Source: an uncultured delta proteobacterium (lineage in GTDB: Bacteria; Desulfobacterota; Binatia; Binatales; Binataceae). Taken from it: a stretch of DNA of 64,000 bases. Both the position numbers and the translations under genes were made by a program. The stretch is from assembly GCA_963724765.1 (NCBI GenBank), contig CAVRVY010000001.1, positions 384,001 through 448,000 on the forward strand, given 5' to 3'. The notes beneath the pieces were generated by a model that had not been told where the DNA came from, did not search any database, and saw only the letters and a list, made by a program, of their open reading frames with translations. Below, piece by piece: positions 1 to 9,760 of this stretch; the stretch's first letter is position 1; each line of letters starts with the position of its first letter.

Positions 1-1151
1 CGCGCACTTTCGTGCGCGGCCTCCAGCGCCGCGCGCACGGAACGCGGGTTGGCGTTGTAAGTGTCGTCGATCACCAGCAGGCCGCCCAGCGCGCGCATCT
101 GCAAGCGGCCGGCGACCGGCGCGACGCTTTCGAGCGCGCGGGCAACCGCGGCGAGTTCGGCCGCCGTAAGCCCGCGCGCGCGCAATGCGGCGGCGGCCGC
201 CACGGCCGCCGCCGCATTGCGCGCCGCCGCGGCGCCGAGCAGCGCCAGCGCGGCGTCAAGCCGCGGCGGCGCGCCCGCAGCGAGTAGCCGCGGACTAAGC
301 GCGAGCGTCACGCGCGAGCGGCCGTCGCCGGCAGGGCCGGCGGCGGCCGGCGCGCGCGCCGCGATGCGCACGTCGGCCGCCGCGTCGGCGCCGAAGGTCA
401 CGACCTCGGCGCCGCGCGGGACGCGCTCCATCACCAGGCGCTCTTCGGCGCAGGCCACCACCGCGCGGCGCGCGGTGGTGAACAGCGCCGCCTCTTCGTC
501 GGCGATTTCCTCCAGGCCGCCCAGCCCCTCGCTGTGCTCTACGTCGACGTTGAGCACGACGGCGACGTCGGGCTCGACGATTCGCGCAAGCCGCGCGATC
601 TCGCCGCGCGTGTTGGTGCCGCACTCGAGCACGGCAGCGCGATGGTGCTCGGTAAGCGTGAAGATCGTCATCGGCACGCCGATCAGGTTGTTGAGGTTGC
701 CCGGCGTGGCCAGCGTTTCTCCGAAGAGCGCGCGTACCACGGCCGCGCAGAGCTCCTTGGTGCTGGTCTTGCCCACCGCGCCGCCGATCGCGACGCATCC
801 CATAGGATGCGCCGCGCGCGTGCGCCGCAGATGATGGCGGGCAAGATCGCCAAGGGCGGCGAGCGTGTCGTCGACTTCCACCGCTGCAAGGTTGGCGAGG
901 TCGGTGAGGCGACGGCCGCGCTCGACTAGCGTGGCGGCCGCGCCGCGCCGCGCTGCCTCGGCTTGGTACGCATGGCCGTCGCGGCCTACGCCTTTAAGCG
1001 CCACGAACAGGGCGCCGGCGCCGACCACGCGCGTGTCGCTGATGACTCCACGGACGATCGTATCGGGCGCGCCGAACATCTCGCCGCCGGTTGCGGCGGC
1101 GATTTCGTCGAGCCTAAAAACGCACCGGTTGATCGGTATCGGCGTCGCCAT
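1..1151 (-). CDS. murF: UDP-N-acetylmuramoyl-tripeptide--D-Ala-D-Ala ligase MurF (3' end runs off the window)
   Basis: Not in the ORF track because it is truncated. My translation from ATG 1151 gives MATPIPINRCVFRLDEIAAATGG...SDTR...LFVALKG...GGAVGKTSTKE...TPGNLNNLIGVPMT...VLECGTNTRGEI...VIDDTYNANPRS. The NNxIGVP and DDxYNANP motifs are MurF hallmarks. Confidence 0.92.
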   Translation of the reverse strand, partial: MATPIPINRCVFRLDEIAAATGGEMFGAPDTIVRGVISDTRVVGAGALFVALKGVGRDGHAYQAEAARRGAAATLVERGRRLTDLANLAAVEVDDTLAALGDLARHHLRRTRAAHPMGCVAIGGAVGKTSTKELCAAVVRALFGETLATPGNLNNLIGVPMTIFTLTEHHRAAVLECGTNTRGEIARLARIVEPDVAVVLNVDVEHSEGLGGLEEIADEEAALFTTARRAVVACAEERLVMERVPRGAEVVTFGADAAADVRIAARAPAAAGPAGDGRSRVTLALSPRLLAAGAPPRLDAALALLGAAAARNAAAAVAAAAALRARGLTAAELAAVARALESVAPVAGRLQMRALGGLLVIDDTYNANPRSVRAALEAAHESA

Positions 1152-1301
1152 CGTTGCCGCCGCGCCGGGTCGCGGCCCAGGAATCTAACCGGACGAAATA
1201 GAGACCTAACAGTGATTACGTGTCTCGATGCGGCTTGACAACCGGGCCTCGGCAGACAAGCCTCGTTCCTCGGAAGCACGCGCGAGAGGAGAGGAGAGAC
1301 G

Positions 1302-1796
1302 ATGGCTCAGGCCGCATCGCCGCTGGTCGGCATAATCATGGGGAGCAAGAGCGATTGGGAGCACATGTCGGCGGCGGCCGAAATTCTGACCGAATTTAAA
1401 GTGTCACATGAGGTGAGGATTCTCTCCGCGCATCGCACGCCCGACCTCACGCTGGAGTATGCCGCGGCGGCCGTCGAACGCGGCCTGCAGGTGATGATCG
1501 CGGGCGCAGGCGGCGCCGCGCATCTGCCGGGCGTCATCGCGGCCAAGACGATACTGCCGGTGATCGGCGTGCCGATGCCGACGACGGCGCTCAGCGGAAT
1601 GGATTCGCTGCTCTCGATCGTCCAGATGCCGCGCGGCGTGCCGGTGGCGACGATGGCGATTGGCAAGGCCGGGGCCGCCAACGCGGGCTTGTTCACGGTC
1701 GCGATTCTCGCGCTCGGCCGTGAGGACCTCGCCGAGCAGTTGATCAAATGGCGGGCCGCGCGTGCGCAGGAAGTACTCAAGCAGAAGTTGCCCTGA
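1302..1796 (+). CDS. purE: N5-CAIR mutase PurE
   Basis: [27 protein letters not shown] and [13 protein letters not shown] motifs; GGAG RBS. Confidence 0.97.
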   Translation: MAQAASPLVGIIMGSKSDWEHMSAAAEILTEFKVSHEVRILSAHRTPDLTLEYAAAAVERGLQVMIAGAGGAAHLPGVIAAKTILPVIGVPMPTTALSGMDSLLSIVQMPRGVPVATMAIGKAGAANAGLFTVAILALGREDLAEQLIKWRAARAQEVLKQKLP

Positions 1797-1822
1797 TCGC
1801 GAAGCGTCAGGGGGGAGCGTCG

Positions 1823-2662
1823 ATGCGAGGGCTGTCGGCGAAATTCCAGGACCTTGTGAGATCGATCAAAGCCGCGGCCGTCGATGCGATTTTTTTTTCC
1901 GCGCTGGCCATCGCGCTTGTCGGCGGCGGGAAAGCGGCGCGCGCCGTTGAAGCACCCCAGATAGTGGTCAAGATCAGCGGCAAGCTGCCGGTGCCGCCTA
2001 CGACTGCGCTCGGCGTGATCGCGACCGACCCGGTCTTGCAACAGGTTCTGAGCCAGGATTTGCAGGTGGCGGGACGGCTGGCGAGCGGCGGCGCGACTTC
2101 GGAATTGACCTTGACCATCACGCTGACCCATCGTGCGCTGGAGCCGGGGATGTCGCTCAACGAGGTGGCCCCGGGCAACGGGGACGCGATAGCACTGCTC
2201 AAGCAGGCCGGGGTCAAGCCGCCGCCCTTGCCAGAACAAGCGGCATCTAATGAGAACGACGATTCCGACGAGGACGACAGCACCGCGGCCGAGGGCAACT
2301 CGCACACGAAGAACGACGTCAATAGTTACCAGCAGCAGGGCCAGATGCAGCAACAGAGCGCTCCGATGGGCGGTCCATTGCCGCCATTTCCGATGACGCA
2401 ATGGCCGGTGCCGCCGGCGACGGCGCAACAACGCTCGGCATTACCGCCCTACATGCGGCAGTATCAGCGCACCGGCCCGGTCGATGAGGCGCGCCGGGAA
2501 CGCGAGGCGAGTGCCGTATACGACACGATTTTCGTCGCACGCGCGACGGCTGGAAACGATGGCCGTGAGTTGACCGTGGTCGCAGTGGCACATCCGGGTT
2601 TCGACCCGCATGAGGCTAGGAAACTCATCGCCGAGGAAATCGCCAACAGCGTGCTCCATTAG
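1823..2662 (+). CDS. hypothetical exported protein with acidic and Q/P-rich low-complexity insert
   Basis: ATG 1823 after GGGGAG RBS; signal-peptide-like N-terminus; coding-like codon usage. Confidence 0.6.
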   Translation: MRGLSAKFQDLVRSIKAAAVDAIFFSALAIALVGGGKAARAVEAPQIVVKISGKLPVPPTTALGVIATDPVLQQVLSQDLQVAGRLASGGATSELTLTITLTHRALEPGMSLNEVAPGNGDAIALLKQAGVKPPPLPEQAASNENDDSDEDDSTAAEGNSHTKNDVNSYQQQGQMQQQSAPMGGPLPPFPMTQWPVPPATAQQRSALPPYMRQYQRTGPVDEARREREASAVYDTIFVARATAGNDGRELTVVAVAHPGFDPHEARKLIAEEIANSVLH

Positions 2663-2695
2663 GAGCATCGCGCCGCAATCCTCCCGCGCCTTCGG

Positions 2696-3571
2696 CTATT
2701 CGTCGGTGCTGTCGGCGGGCGAGGTCGCGCGCGATGGAGGCATTTTTTGTGGCCGCCTGGCGGCTGGCGCCGTCGTACCGCCGACGACGCGGGTCGCGGG
2801 CATTTGCGCGGGAGCGGCGGCCTGAGGTGCCGGCGCGGCCATCGGTGCTGGCGCATCCATTGGTGCCATGGGCGCTGGCGCGGCCATCGGGGCTGGCGCT
2901 GGCGGCGGGATTGCGGCGCTTGGCGCGGATGGCGCGGCCGGCGGCGACGCCTGATGGAAACCGAACTCGCCGCTATGGCGCTCGGAGGCGATAACGTAGA
3001 GCACGACAATCGCCGACAGCACGATTATCACCACGGCCACGCGTCCCCAGGGTGAACGTTTGTGATCGTGCAGGGCCAGCGGCTCGGACATCCGCGGTAC
3101 CGCCGCGACTTCGGCGCGCTGCACCTCGCGCACGAAACGCATCGCAACCTCTTCGCCGTCGAGGTTGAGAAAGGCGGCATAGCGGCGCAGAAACGGCATC
3201 AGGTAGAGCTGATCGGAGATGAGGCCGTAGTCGCTACTCTCGATCATCTCGATGTAATGAGCGGGGATGCGGGTCTCCGCGACGACGTCGGCGCGTGAGA
3301 CGCCGCGCCGCTCGCGCGCCGCGGCCAGAGTCTTGCCCAGGCTGGGCTCGCCCTCGGCGCCCGCCTTCTGCGATTCCGATGACGACGACGGGGCCGCGCC
3401 GGCGCTGTCGGTTTTGACCCCTGCTGATGGCCTGGTTTCGCCGTCAGGCGCGGCCTGGTTGCCGGTGGTCTCGGTCGCGTTGCGAGACTTGGCGCCGGAA
3501 TCGGTTTTGTCTCCGGACTTGGTCTCGCTCCCGGAACTCACGGTTGCTTCTGTTTCCCGTGCGGCAGCCAT
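2696..3571 (-). CDS. RodZ-like XRE/HTH membrane protein with APAPMA repeat tail
   Basis: LGKTLAAARERRGVSRADV...TRIPAHYIEMIES...FLRRYAAFLNLD (HTH_25-type), one TM segment, Pro/Ala-rich C-terminus. Confidence 0.8.
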   Translation of the reverse strand: MAAARETEATVSSGSETKSGDKTDSGAKSRNATETTGNQAAPDGETRPSAGVKTDSAGAAPSSSSESQKAGAEGEPSLGKTLAAARERRGVSRADVVAETRIPAHYIEMIESSDYGLISDQLYLMPFLRRYAAFLNLDGEEVAMRFVREVQRAEVAAVPRMSEPLALHDHKRSPWGRVAVVIIVLSAIVVLYVIASERHSGEFGFHQASPPAAPSAPSAAIPPPAPAPMAAPAPMAPMDAPAPMAAPAPQAAAPAQMPATRVVGGTTAPAARRPQKMPPSRATSPADSTDE

Positions 3572-3666
3572 CCACCGTCCCCTCCCCCCGGATAATGCAG
3601 GACGCGCGGTGCCGCGTCACCTGATGGAAACTTACAATTAGCGCGCGGTGAAACCAAGTCCCCGTC

Positions 3667-5442
3667 TCATCGAGGAAGATCGGGCGTGCACAGATGCGCC
3701 CCGGCCGGTTCGGGGCTCGTCCGGTTATAGAGCGCGAGCTTTTTGCCCTCGCATCCGACGACTGTTGTCGCGGAGCCCAGCAGCGCGCGGACGTGCGCGA
3801 GATCGTTGCGATTGACCACCAGCACGGCGCATCCTGTGCCACGCCAAAGCTGCGCGAGTCCGGCGTCGGTTGCGATAAAGCTCGCGCGCGCGTCGGGGCC
3901 GAGGCCGAACGGCGCCAGTTCTCCGCGATAATCGACCAGGGCCTCCCGATAGCCTGTGTAGAACGGCAGTGACTGGACGAAATGGCGATACGACGCCAGG
4001 CGGCATCCGGGGCCGAGGTACGGCACGATCTCTCGCGCGAGTTTCCGGTACGAACCCAGCGGTTGTGCGTCCATCCGTGCCTTGACCATCACGCCCAGCG
4101 CCATCACGACACCAAGCGCGAGAGCGCCGGCCGCAGCCGCGCGGCTGCGCCCGCGCCATGCGATTGTAAGACATGCGAACGACGCCGCCGTTAGCAGGGC
4201 CATAGCGGCAAGCGCGTCGGCGAGGAGCGTGGACTTTGCCGGCGAAGTGAAATACGCGCATGCGATCGCGAATGCGGCGGTCGCGGCGAGGTTAAGCAAT
4301 GCGAGCGTGCCGAAGAGCCTGCGCAGGCCCGGCACTTCGAGTCGGGGCAGGCGGCACAGAGCATAGCCGGCCAGGATCGCGAGCGGCGGAATCGCGGGCA
4401 GAATGTACGAGCCGAGCTTGGCGCGCGGAATCGAGAAGAAGACCAGGATAATCCCGAACCACCAAAGCATAAAAGACAACGATCCTCGCGCATACGGCCG
4501 ACAGGGCGCCTGCGCGTCATCCTTGCCGGCGCGCGCGCGCATCAGTTCGCGCACGCCCGTCGGCACAAAACAAATCCACGGCCACATCCCGGCTATCACC
4601 ACCACCACGAAAAAGTACGGACCCCATCCATGCTCGGTGTTTTCGAGATAGCGCTCGACATGTTCGTGGATGAAAAAGAAGCGCAAAAATTCCGGATTGC
4701 GCCGCGCCGCGATCACGAACCATGGCGCAGCGATCGCGGCATAGATGGCGATCGCGCCGCGCCACGGCATCCGCGCAATCTCACGCGCGCGCCGCTCACC
4801 GAGCAGCCAGGCGAGCCCGACCGCGCCCGTCAGCACCGGCGCCACCATGCCCTTGGTGAGCGTGCCGGCGGCGACCATCGCCGCCGATAGCAGGAACCAT
4901 CGGCGCCCCGCCGTGCTGTCAAAGCCCGGAGCGCGCGCCGCGGCCCAGAAGGCGCCCAGCGCGGCGGTAATGAAAAGCGCGAGCGCCGGATCGAGTGTCG
5001 CGAAGCGGGCGAAGCCGAAAACCAGCGGAGAGAGCCCCAGCACCATCGCGGCTGCGAGTCCCACCGCCGCCCCGAACATCGCTTCGCCGAGCGCCGCGGT
5101 CACGGCCACTTCTGCCACGCTCGCGAGGGCGGCCGGCAGGCGCACGGCCAACTCGTTGGGGCCGAGGAGTTTTATCGCGAGCGCCTCGGCCCAATAGACC
5201 AGCGGCGGCTTTTCGAAATAGCGCACCCAGTTGTCGCGCGGAGTCACGTAGTCGTGCGCGAGCACCATCTCTCGCGCGATTTCCGCATAGCGTCCCTCGT
5301 CGGGCTCCCACAGCGCGGGACGGCCGAGCGCGGGCAGATAGAGCATCGCCGCGAGAATCGCGCAGACCAGCAGGCGCAGCGGCCGATGGCGCTCGGCCAG
5401 GATCGTGGGTAGCGCGGATGGCGCAGGCGGCGTCGCAGACAT
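3667..5442 (-). CDS. arnT: ArnT-like GT-C (family 39/83) glycosyltransferase
   Basis: LWEPDEGRYAEIAREM, YFEKPPLVYW, LTKG and YILP motifs; many TM helices. Confidence 0.85.
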   Translation of the reverse strand: MSATPPAPSALPTILAERHRPLRLLVCAILAAMLYLPALGRPALWEPDEGRYAEIAREMVLAHDYVTPRDNWVRYFEKPPLVYWAEALAIKLLGPNELAVRLPAALASVAEVAVTAALGEAMFGAAVGLAAAMVLGLSPLVFGFARFATLDPALALFITAALGAFWAAARAPGFDSTAGRRWFLLSAAMVAAGTLTKGMVAPVLTGAVGLAWLLGERRAREIARMPWRGAIAIYAAIAAPWFVIAARRNPEFLRFFFIHEHVERYLENTEHGWGPYFFVVVVIAGMWPWICFVPTGVRELMRARAGKDDAQAPCRPYARGSLSFMLWWFGIILVFFSIPRAKLGSYILPAIPPLAILAGYALCRLPRLEVPGLRRLFGTLALLNLAATAAFAIACAYFTSPAKSTLLADALAAMALLTAASFACLTIAWRGRSRAAAAGALALGVVMALGVMVKARMDAQPLGSYRKLAREIVPYLGPGCRLASYRHFVQSLPFYTGYREALVDYRGELAPFGLGPDARASFIATDAGLAQLWRGTGCAVLVVNRNDLAHVRALLGSATTVVGCEGKKLALYNRTSPEPAGAHLCTPDLPR

Positions 5443-5526
5443 GATCGCAAGAGTCTGCGGACGAGGGCGCGCGCCGTCAACTGCCCGGCCAACTTGGCTC
5501 GCGCCGGGAGCGAGCGACTTGCGCCG

Positions 5527-6543
5527 CTACGGACCGGGGGCGCGAATCTCGATGCTGCTCACTGGCTGATCCGGTGCGGAATTAGCCTGCGCAGGTTCAT
5601 CCGGCGGCGGCGCCTCGATGCTCGGGGGCTGGCTCGGGGGGCTGGCTTCCCGACTCGCTGTCGTCATCGCAACCGGCATCGCCGAGTTCTCATCGCGAGC
5701 GTCAATCTCGAGCGCCTGCCGGGCGATTTGGAGCCGCAGATTCTGGGACACTGGAATACGCAGCACAAGTTCCCGGCAGACCTCCTGCTCCGAACGTGCC
5801 AGCTCTATGTCGCGCAGTTGCAATAGCGATTCGGCGGAATTTATCAGAATATCCTCGACATCAAGTGCGGGCAAAAAATTCACGTCGTAACGACTGCCAT
5901 GAAATTCTACCAACTGCTCGCCGCCGTGAGTCGATACCATCCTGCCGCGTATACTCACCTGCCAGCCAGAGAGAAGCGCCAGGTAGTACGCCTCATAATG
6001 GAGGACCTCACCGTAAACGACGGCGTCAGCGCCGAGCCATGAGCCGAGCTTCTGCGGGGATATTTTGTTGAGCTTCTCCTCGTCGGTGATCCCGTGCGCG
6101 CTCAGGACCGCGTCGATACCGATCGGATTGAGAACGTAGAATTCGCGCCCGGAGAGATAGCCTACCATCGAGCGGCGCAGGCGTTGCGCGTCGGTCCAGG
6201 CCCATCTCGCGCGCCGCTGCTGGTCGCGGAAGGTCAGTGGGATCTTGTCCACCACGAAGTTCGCGCTCCCGCGATCGGTGAACGGAAGCACCGCGATCCT
6301 GAGCGGGGCGTTGCGTTGATAGTCGGGTGCAATCTTGACCTGCAAGCCGCCGGGATCGAGTTCGACAACCCTGTCGAACCAGGTCTTGCGTCCATGGCTG
6401 TTGAGCCCATACTCCGGTTGAAAGAAAGGCCGCCGTTCTTCCGCCTGCTGACTGACGTTGGAACATCCGGCGAGGCCCACCAGAGCCGCCGAGAAGATGA
6501 GGGAATGCAAAAGGTTGCGCGTCACGACCGCGGCCTCCTTCAC
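5527..6543 (-). CDS. lipoprotein, DUF799/GNA1162-like
   Basis: Lipobox LAGC; PLRIAVLPF and LGADAVVYGEV motifs. Confidence 0.6.
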   Translation of the reverse strand: MKEAAVVTRNLLHSLIFSAALVGLAGCSNVSQQAEERRPFFQPEYGLNSHGRKTWFDRVVELDPGGLQVKIAPDYQRNAPLRIAVLPFTDRGSANFVVDKIPLTFRDQQRRARWAWTDAQRLRRSMVGYLSGREFYVLNPIGIDAVLSAHGITDEEKLNKISPQKLGSWLGADAVVYGEVLHYEAYYLALLSGWQVSIRGRMVSTHGGEQLVEFHGSRYDVNFLPALDVEDILINSAESLLQLRDIELARSEQEVCRELVLRIPVSQNLRLQIARQALEIDARDENSAMPVAMTTASREASPPSQPPSIEAPPPDEPAQANSAPDQPVSSIEIRAPGP

Positions 6544-6748
6544 TCCCCCACATTGCAGAAGCGCAATTACGACGCGCCAAGGGCTGCAAAAAGCATGCTG
6601 GGAAGCGTCCGCCGGAAATCGTTGAGAAAATGCGCCTCTTTCCGTGGATTCTCCGGCGCGGTATCGTCTTTAAGTTCGCGGGGTCGTCTGTAACAATTGC
6701 GGCGGGATCCGGTCGTTTCATGGGCCGGGACGGTCCGCGCTGCGTTTT

Positions 6749-7768
6749 TTGCGGGAAGATTTGAGCTCAGCCGAAAAAATAACCGCGATTCGCGAGCCGA
6801 GGACGGCGGCGGATAAGTCGCTCGTGTCGGTCGTGGTTCCGGTTTACAACGAGGCTGCCAATCTGCGCGCGCTGTGGGCGCGGCTGGAGCCGGTGCTGCG
6901 CGCCTGCGGACGGCCGTGGGAGGTCCTGTTCGTCGACGACGGCTCGGCCGACCAATCGCTCGACATCCTGCGCGAGATTGCCGCGCCCGCACATGGCGCG
7001 GTGCGCGTGATCGAACTGGCGCGCAACTTCGGCCAGCACTCGGCCATCCTGGCCGGCTTTCGCCAGTGCCGTGGCGAAATTGTGGTGACGCTCGACGCCG
7101 ACCTGCAGAACCCGCCCGAGGAAATTCCGCGCCTGCTCGCCGCAATCGATGACGGCAACGACGTGGTCGGTGGATGGCGCGAGGTGCGCCACGACTTCGC
7201 CTATCGCCGCTTCGCCTCGAACCTGCAAAACCGGGTGACCTCGATGATCGTGGGCGTGCCGATGCACGACTACGGATGCATGCTGCGCGCCTATCGCCGC
7301 CACATCGTTGACACCGTGGTCGCCTGCGACGAGAAGGCGGCCTTCGTTCCGGCGCTGGCCAACTCGTTCGCCAAGCGCGTGGCCGAGATACCGGTCGGCC
7401 ACGAGGAGCGCCAGAGCGGCAGCTCCAAGTACAACCTGTTCCGCCTCGCGCATCTGAGCCTCAACCTCATCACCGGCTTCTCGCTGATGCCGATCCAGGC
7501 GGTGAGCGTTGCCGGGATCCTCGTGTTCGTGCTCGACGCGCTGTTGGTATTAGTGCTTCTCGCCCATCGCATCCTCTACGGTCCGCAACAGGAAGGCGCG
7601 CTCTGGACGTTGTTCGCGTTGAACTTCCTGGTGCTGGGCTTCGTCCTGCTCGCCGTGGGGCTGATCGGCGAGTACATCGGGCGCATTTACCTGGAGGTGC
7701 GCCGCCGCCCGACCTATATCGTGCGCGCCGTGCATGGCGACGAACCCGATTCGCTGGAGCGTCGCTGA
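6749..7768 (+). CDS. arnC: ArnC-like undecaprenyl-phosphate glycosyltransferase (GT2)
   Basis: VVVPVYNE, VDDGSAD, LARNFGQHSA, TLDADLQNPPEEIP, MHDYGCMLRAYRR, GEYIGRIY; exact start uncertain. Confidence 0.88.
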   Translation: MREDLSSAEKITAIREPRTAADKSLVSVVVPVYNEAANLRALWARLEPVLRACGRPWEVLFVDDGSADQSLDILREIAAPAHGAVRVIELARNFGQHSAILAGFRQCRGEIVVTLDADLQNPPEEIPRLLAAIDDGNDVVGGWREVRHDFAYRRFASNLQNRVTSMIVGVPMHDYGCMLRAYRRHIVDTVVACDEKAAFVPALANSFAKRVAEIPVGHEERQSGSSKYNLFRLAHLSLNLITGFSLMPIQAVSVAGILVFVLDALLVLVLLAHRILYGPQQEGALWTLFALNFLVLGFVLLAVGLIGEYIGRIYLEVRRRPTYIVRAVHGDEPDSLERR

Positions 7769-7775
7769 AGAAAAC

Positions 7776-8774
7776 GTGGCCGCCGAAAATCCTCACGCGA
7801 TCGCCCCGCAGCCGAGCGCTGCGCGATGCCTGCTGTTCGCCTACCACGAGATGGGCTACGGATGCATGGAGGCGCTGCTGAAGATGGGCGTGCCGGTGGC
7901 GGCGCTGTTCACGCATGAAGATGATTCGCACGAGGAAATCTGGTGGCGCTCGTGTTTCGACCTGGCGCGCCGCCATGGCGTGCCGATCCACACGCCGGAG
8001 CGCCTCGACGAGCCGTGGATCGAGCGGGTCGCGGCGATGCGCCCAGCGATCATCTATTCGTTTTACTATCGCAACCTGCTGCCCGACGCGTTGCTGCGCA
8101 CGGCGCCGCTCGGCGCGTACAACCTGCACGGCTCGCTGCTGCCGGCCTATCGCGGCCGCGCGCCGGTCAACTGGATGCTGGTCAATGGCGAGCGCGAGGC
8201 AGGAGTGACACTGCATCACATGGTCGCGCGCTCCGACGCCGGCGATATCGTGGGGCAGCGCGCAGTCGCGATCGACGACAGCGACACAGCGCTGACGCTG
8301 TACCGCAAGCTGGTGCCGGCGGGCGTCGCGCTGCTGACCGATATGCATCCGCTGATCGCGGCCGGACGCGCGCCACGCCGCCCGCAGGATCTTTCGCGCG
8401 GCAGCTACTTCGGGCGGCGCCGACCCGAGGACGGGCGAATCGATTGGCGATGGCCGGCGCGGCGCATCTTCAACCTCGTGCGCGCTGTGACGCATCCTTA
8501 CCCGGGTGCGTTCTGCTCGTTCGGCGGGCGCAAGCTCTTCGTATGGGAAAGCAGGATCGCCGCCGAAGCGGGGCGGCGCGGCGCTCCGGGCGAGATCGTC
8601 GAGATCGTGTCGACGGCCGGCGGCGGCGCGGTTGAAGTTGCGGCGGGCGAGGGCAGTCTGTTAATCGCGCGGGCGCAGTTCGACGGCGTGCCGGAGGGCG
8701 CGGCGGCTGAAATTTTGTCTGGGGTTTTGTCCGAAGTTTCGCACGGCGCCGGAACGCGTGCGCGACTGGAATAG
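7776..8774 (+). CDS. formyltransferase, ArnA N-terminal domain-like
   Basis: FAYHEMG, SFYYR, NLHGSLLPAYRGRAPVNW, YFGRRRPEDGRIDW, NLVRAVTHPYPGAF; start either 7734 (ATG) or 7776 (GTG). Confidence 0.88.
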   Translation: MAAENPHAIAPQPSAARCLLFAYHEMGYGCMEALLKMGVPVAALFTHEDDSHEEIWWRSCFDLARRHGVPIHTPERLDEPWIERVAAMRPAIIYSFYYRNLLPDALLRTAPLGAYNLHGSLLPAYRGRAPVNWMLVNGEREAGVTLHHMVARSDAGDIVGQRAVAIDDSDTALTLYRKLVPAGVALLTDMHPLIAAGRAPRRPQDLSRGSYFGRRRPEDGRIDWRWPARRIFNLVRAVTHPYPGAFCSFGGRKLFVWESRIAAEAGRRGAPGEIVEIVSTAGGGAVEVAAGEGSLLIARAQFDGVPEGAAAEILSGVLSEVSHGAGTRARLE

Positions 8775-8784
8775 CGGAGGCAGC

Positions 8785-9750
8785 ATGCGGGTTCTGATTA
8801 CGGGCGGCGCGGGCTTTTTGGGCTCGCATCTGAGCGACGCGTTCATCGCGCGCGGCGATGAGGTTTTCGTGCTCGACACCGGCGCGATCGCCAAGGTGCG
8901 CCACCTCCTCGACAATTCGCGCTTCCATTACGTCCACGACACGGTCTTCAACCTGGAGCTTATTGATAGCCTGGTGTCCAAGGCCGACCTCATCTACCAT
9001 CTCGCCGCCGTGGTGGGCGTCGAGCACTATGTCGGCGACCCTTACGAGACGCTCAACGTCAACGTCAACGGCACGCAGAACGTACTGAAAGCGGCCTACA
9101 AGCACGGGCGGCGCCTGGTCTTCAGCTCGACCTCTGAGGTCTACGGACGCAATCCCAAGGTGCCGTGGAAAGAGGATGACGACCGCGTGCTGGGCGCGAC
9201 CACGATCGATCGCTGGTGCTACTCGACCTCTAAAGCGGTGGGTGAGCATTTCTGCTTCGCCTACCACAAGCTCGGCCAGCCGGTGACGGTGGTGCGTTAC
9301 TTCAACATCTATGGACCGCGGCTGGATCGGGTCGACGTCGGCCGCCTGTTCACGATTTTCATGGGCCAGTTGCTGCGCGGCGCCGACCTCACCGTGATCG
9401 GCGACGGCAAGCAGACGCGATGCTTCACTTACGTCACCGACGCGGTCGCCGCGACGGTTGCGGCCGGGATCAATCCCGCGGCCGACGGCCAGGCGATCAA
9501 TATCGGCACCGACGTCGAGACCACGGTGCTGGAATTCGCCAATCTGATGATCGAGCTTTACGGGACGACCAAGTCGAAAATCAAATTCGTCAGCCAGTCC
9601 GACGTCTATGGCCAGAGCTACGAGGACATTCCGCGCCGCGTGCCCGACAACACTAAGATGCGAACGCTGCTGGGCATCACGCCGAAAGTTTCGCTACGCG
9701 AGGGCACGGCGCTGGCGATGGACTGGTTTCGCCGCGAACTGGCCGGCTGA
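8785..9750 (+). CDS. NAD-dependent epimerase/decarboxylase (SDR, ArnA C-terminal domain-like)
   Basis: GGAGFLG, STSEVYG, RWCYSTSK (YxxxK), RYFNIYGPR; GGAGG RBS. Confidence 0.88.
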   Translation: MRVLITGGAGFLGSHLSDAFIARGDEVFVLDTGAIAKVRHLLDNSRFHYVHDTVFNLELIDSLVSKADLIYHLAAVVGVEHYVGDPYETLNVNVNGTQNVLKAAYKHGRRLVFSSTSEVYGRNPKVPWKEDDDRVLGATTIDRWCYSTSKAVGEHFCFAYHKLGQPVTVVRYFNIYGPRLDRVDVGRLFTIFMGQLLRGADLTVIGDGKQTRCFTYVTDAVAATVAAGINPAADGQAINIGTDVETTVLEFANLMIELYGTTKSKIKFVSQSDVYGQSYEDIPRRVPDNTKMRTLLGITPKVSLREGTALAMDWFRRELAG

Positions 9751-9760
9751 TTTCCCGCTC

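Noticed and set aside
12-1279. Plus-strand and short ORFs in the track (61..834 and others)
   Set aside because: They are antisense or off-frame shadows of murF, which the track misses because it is truncated at the window edge.
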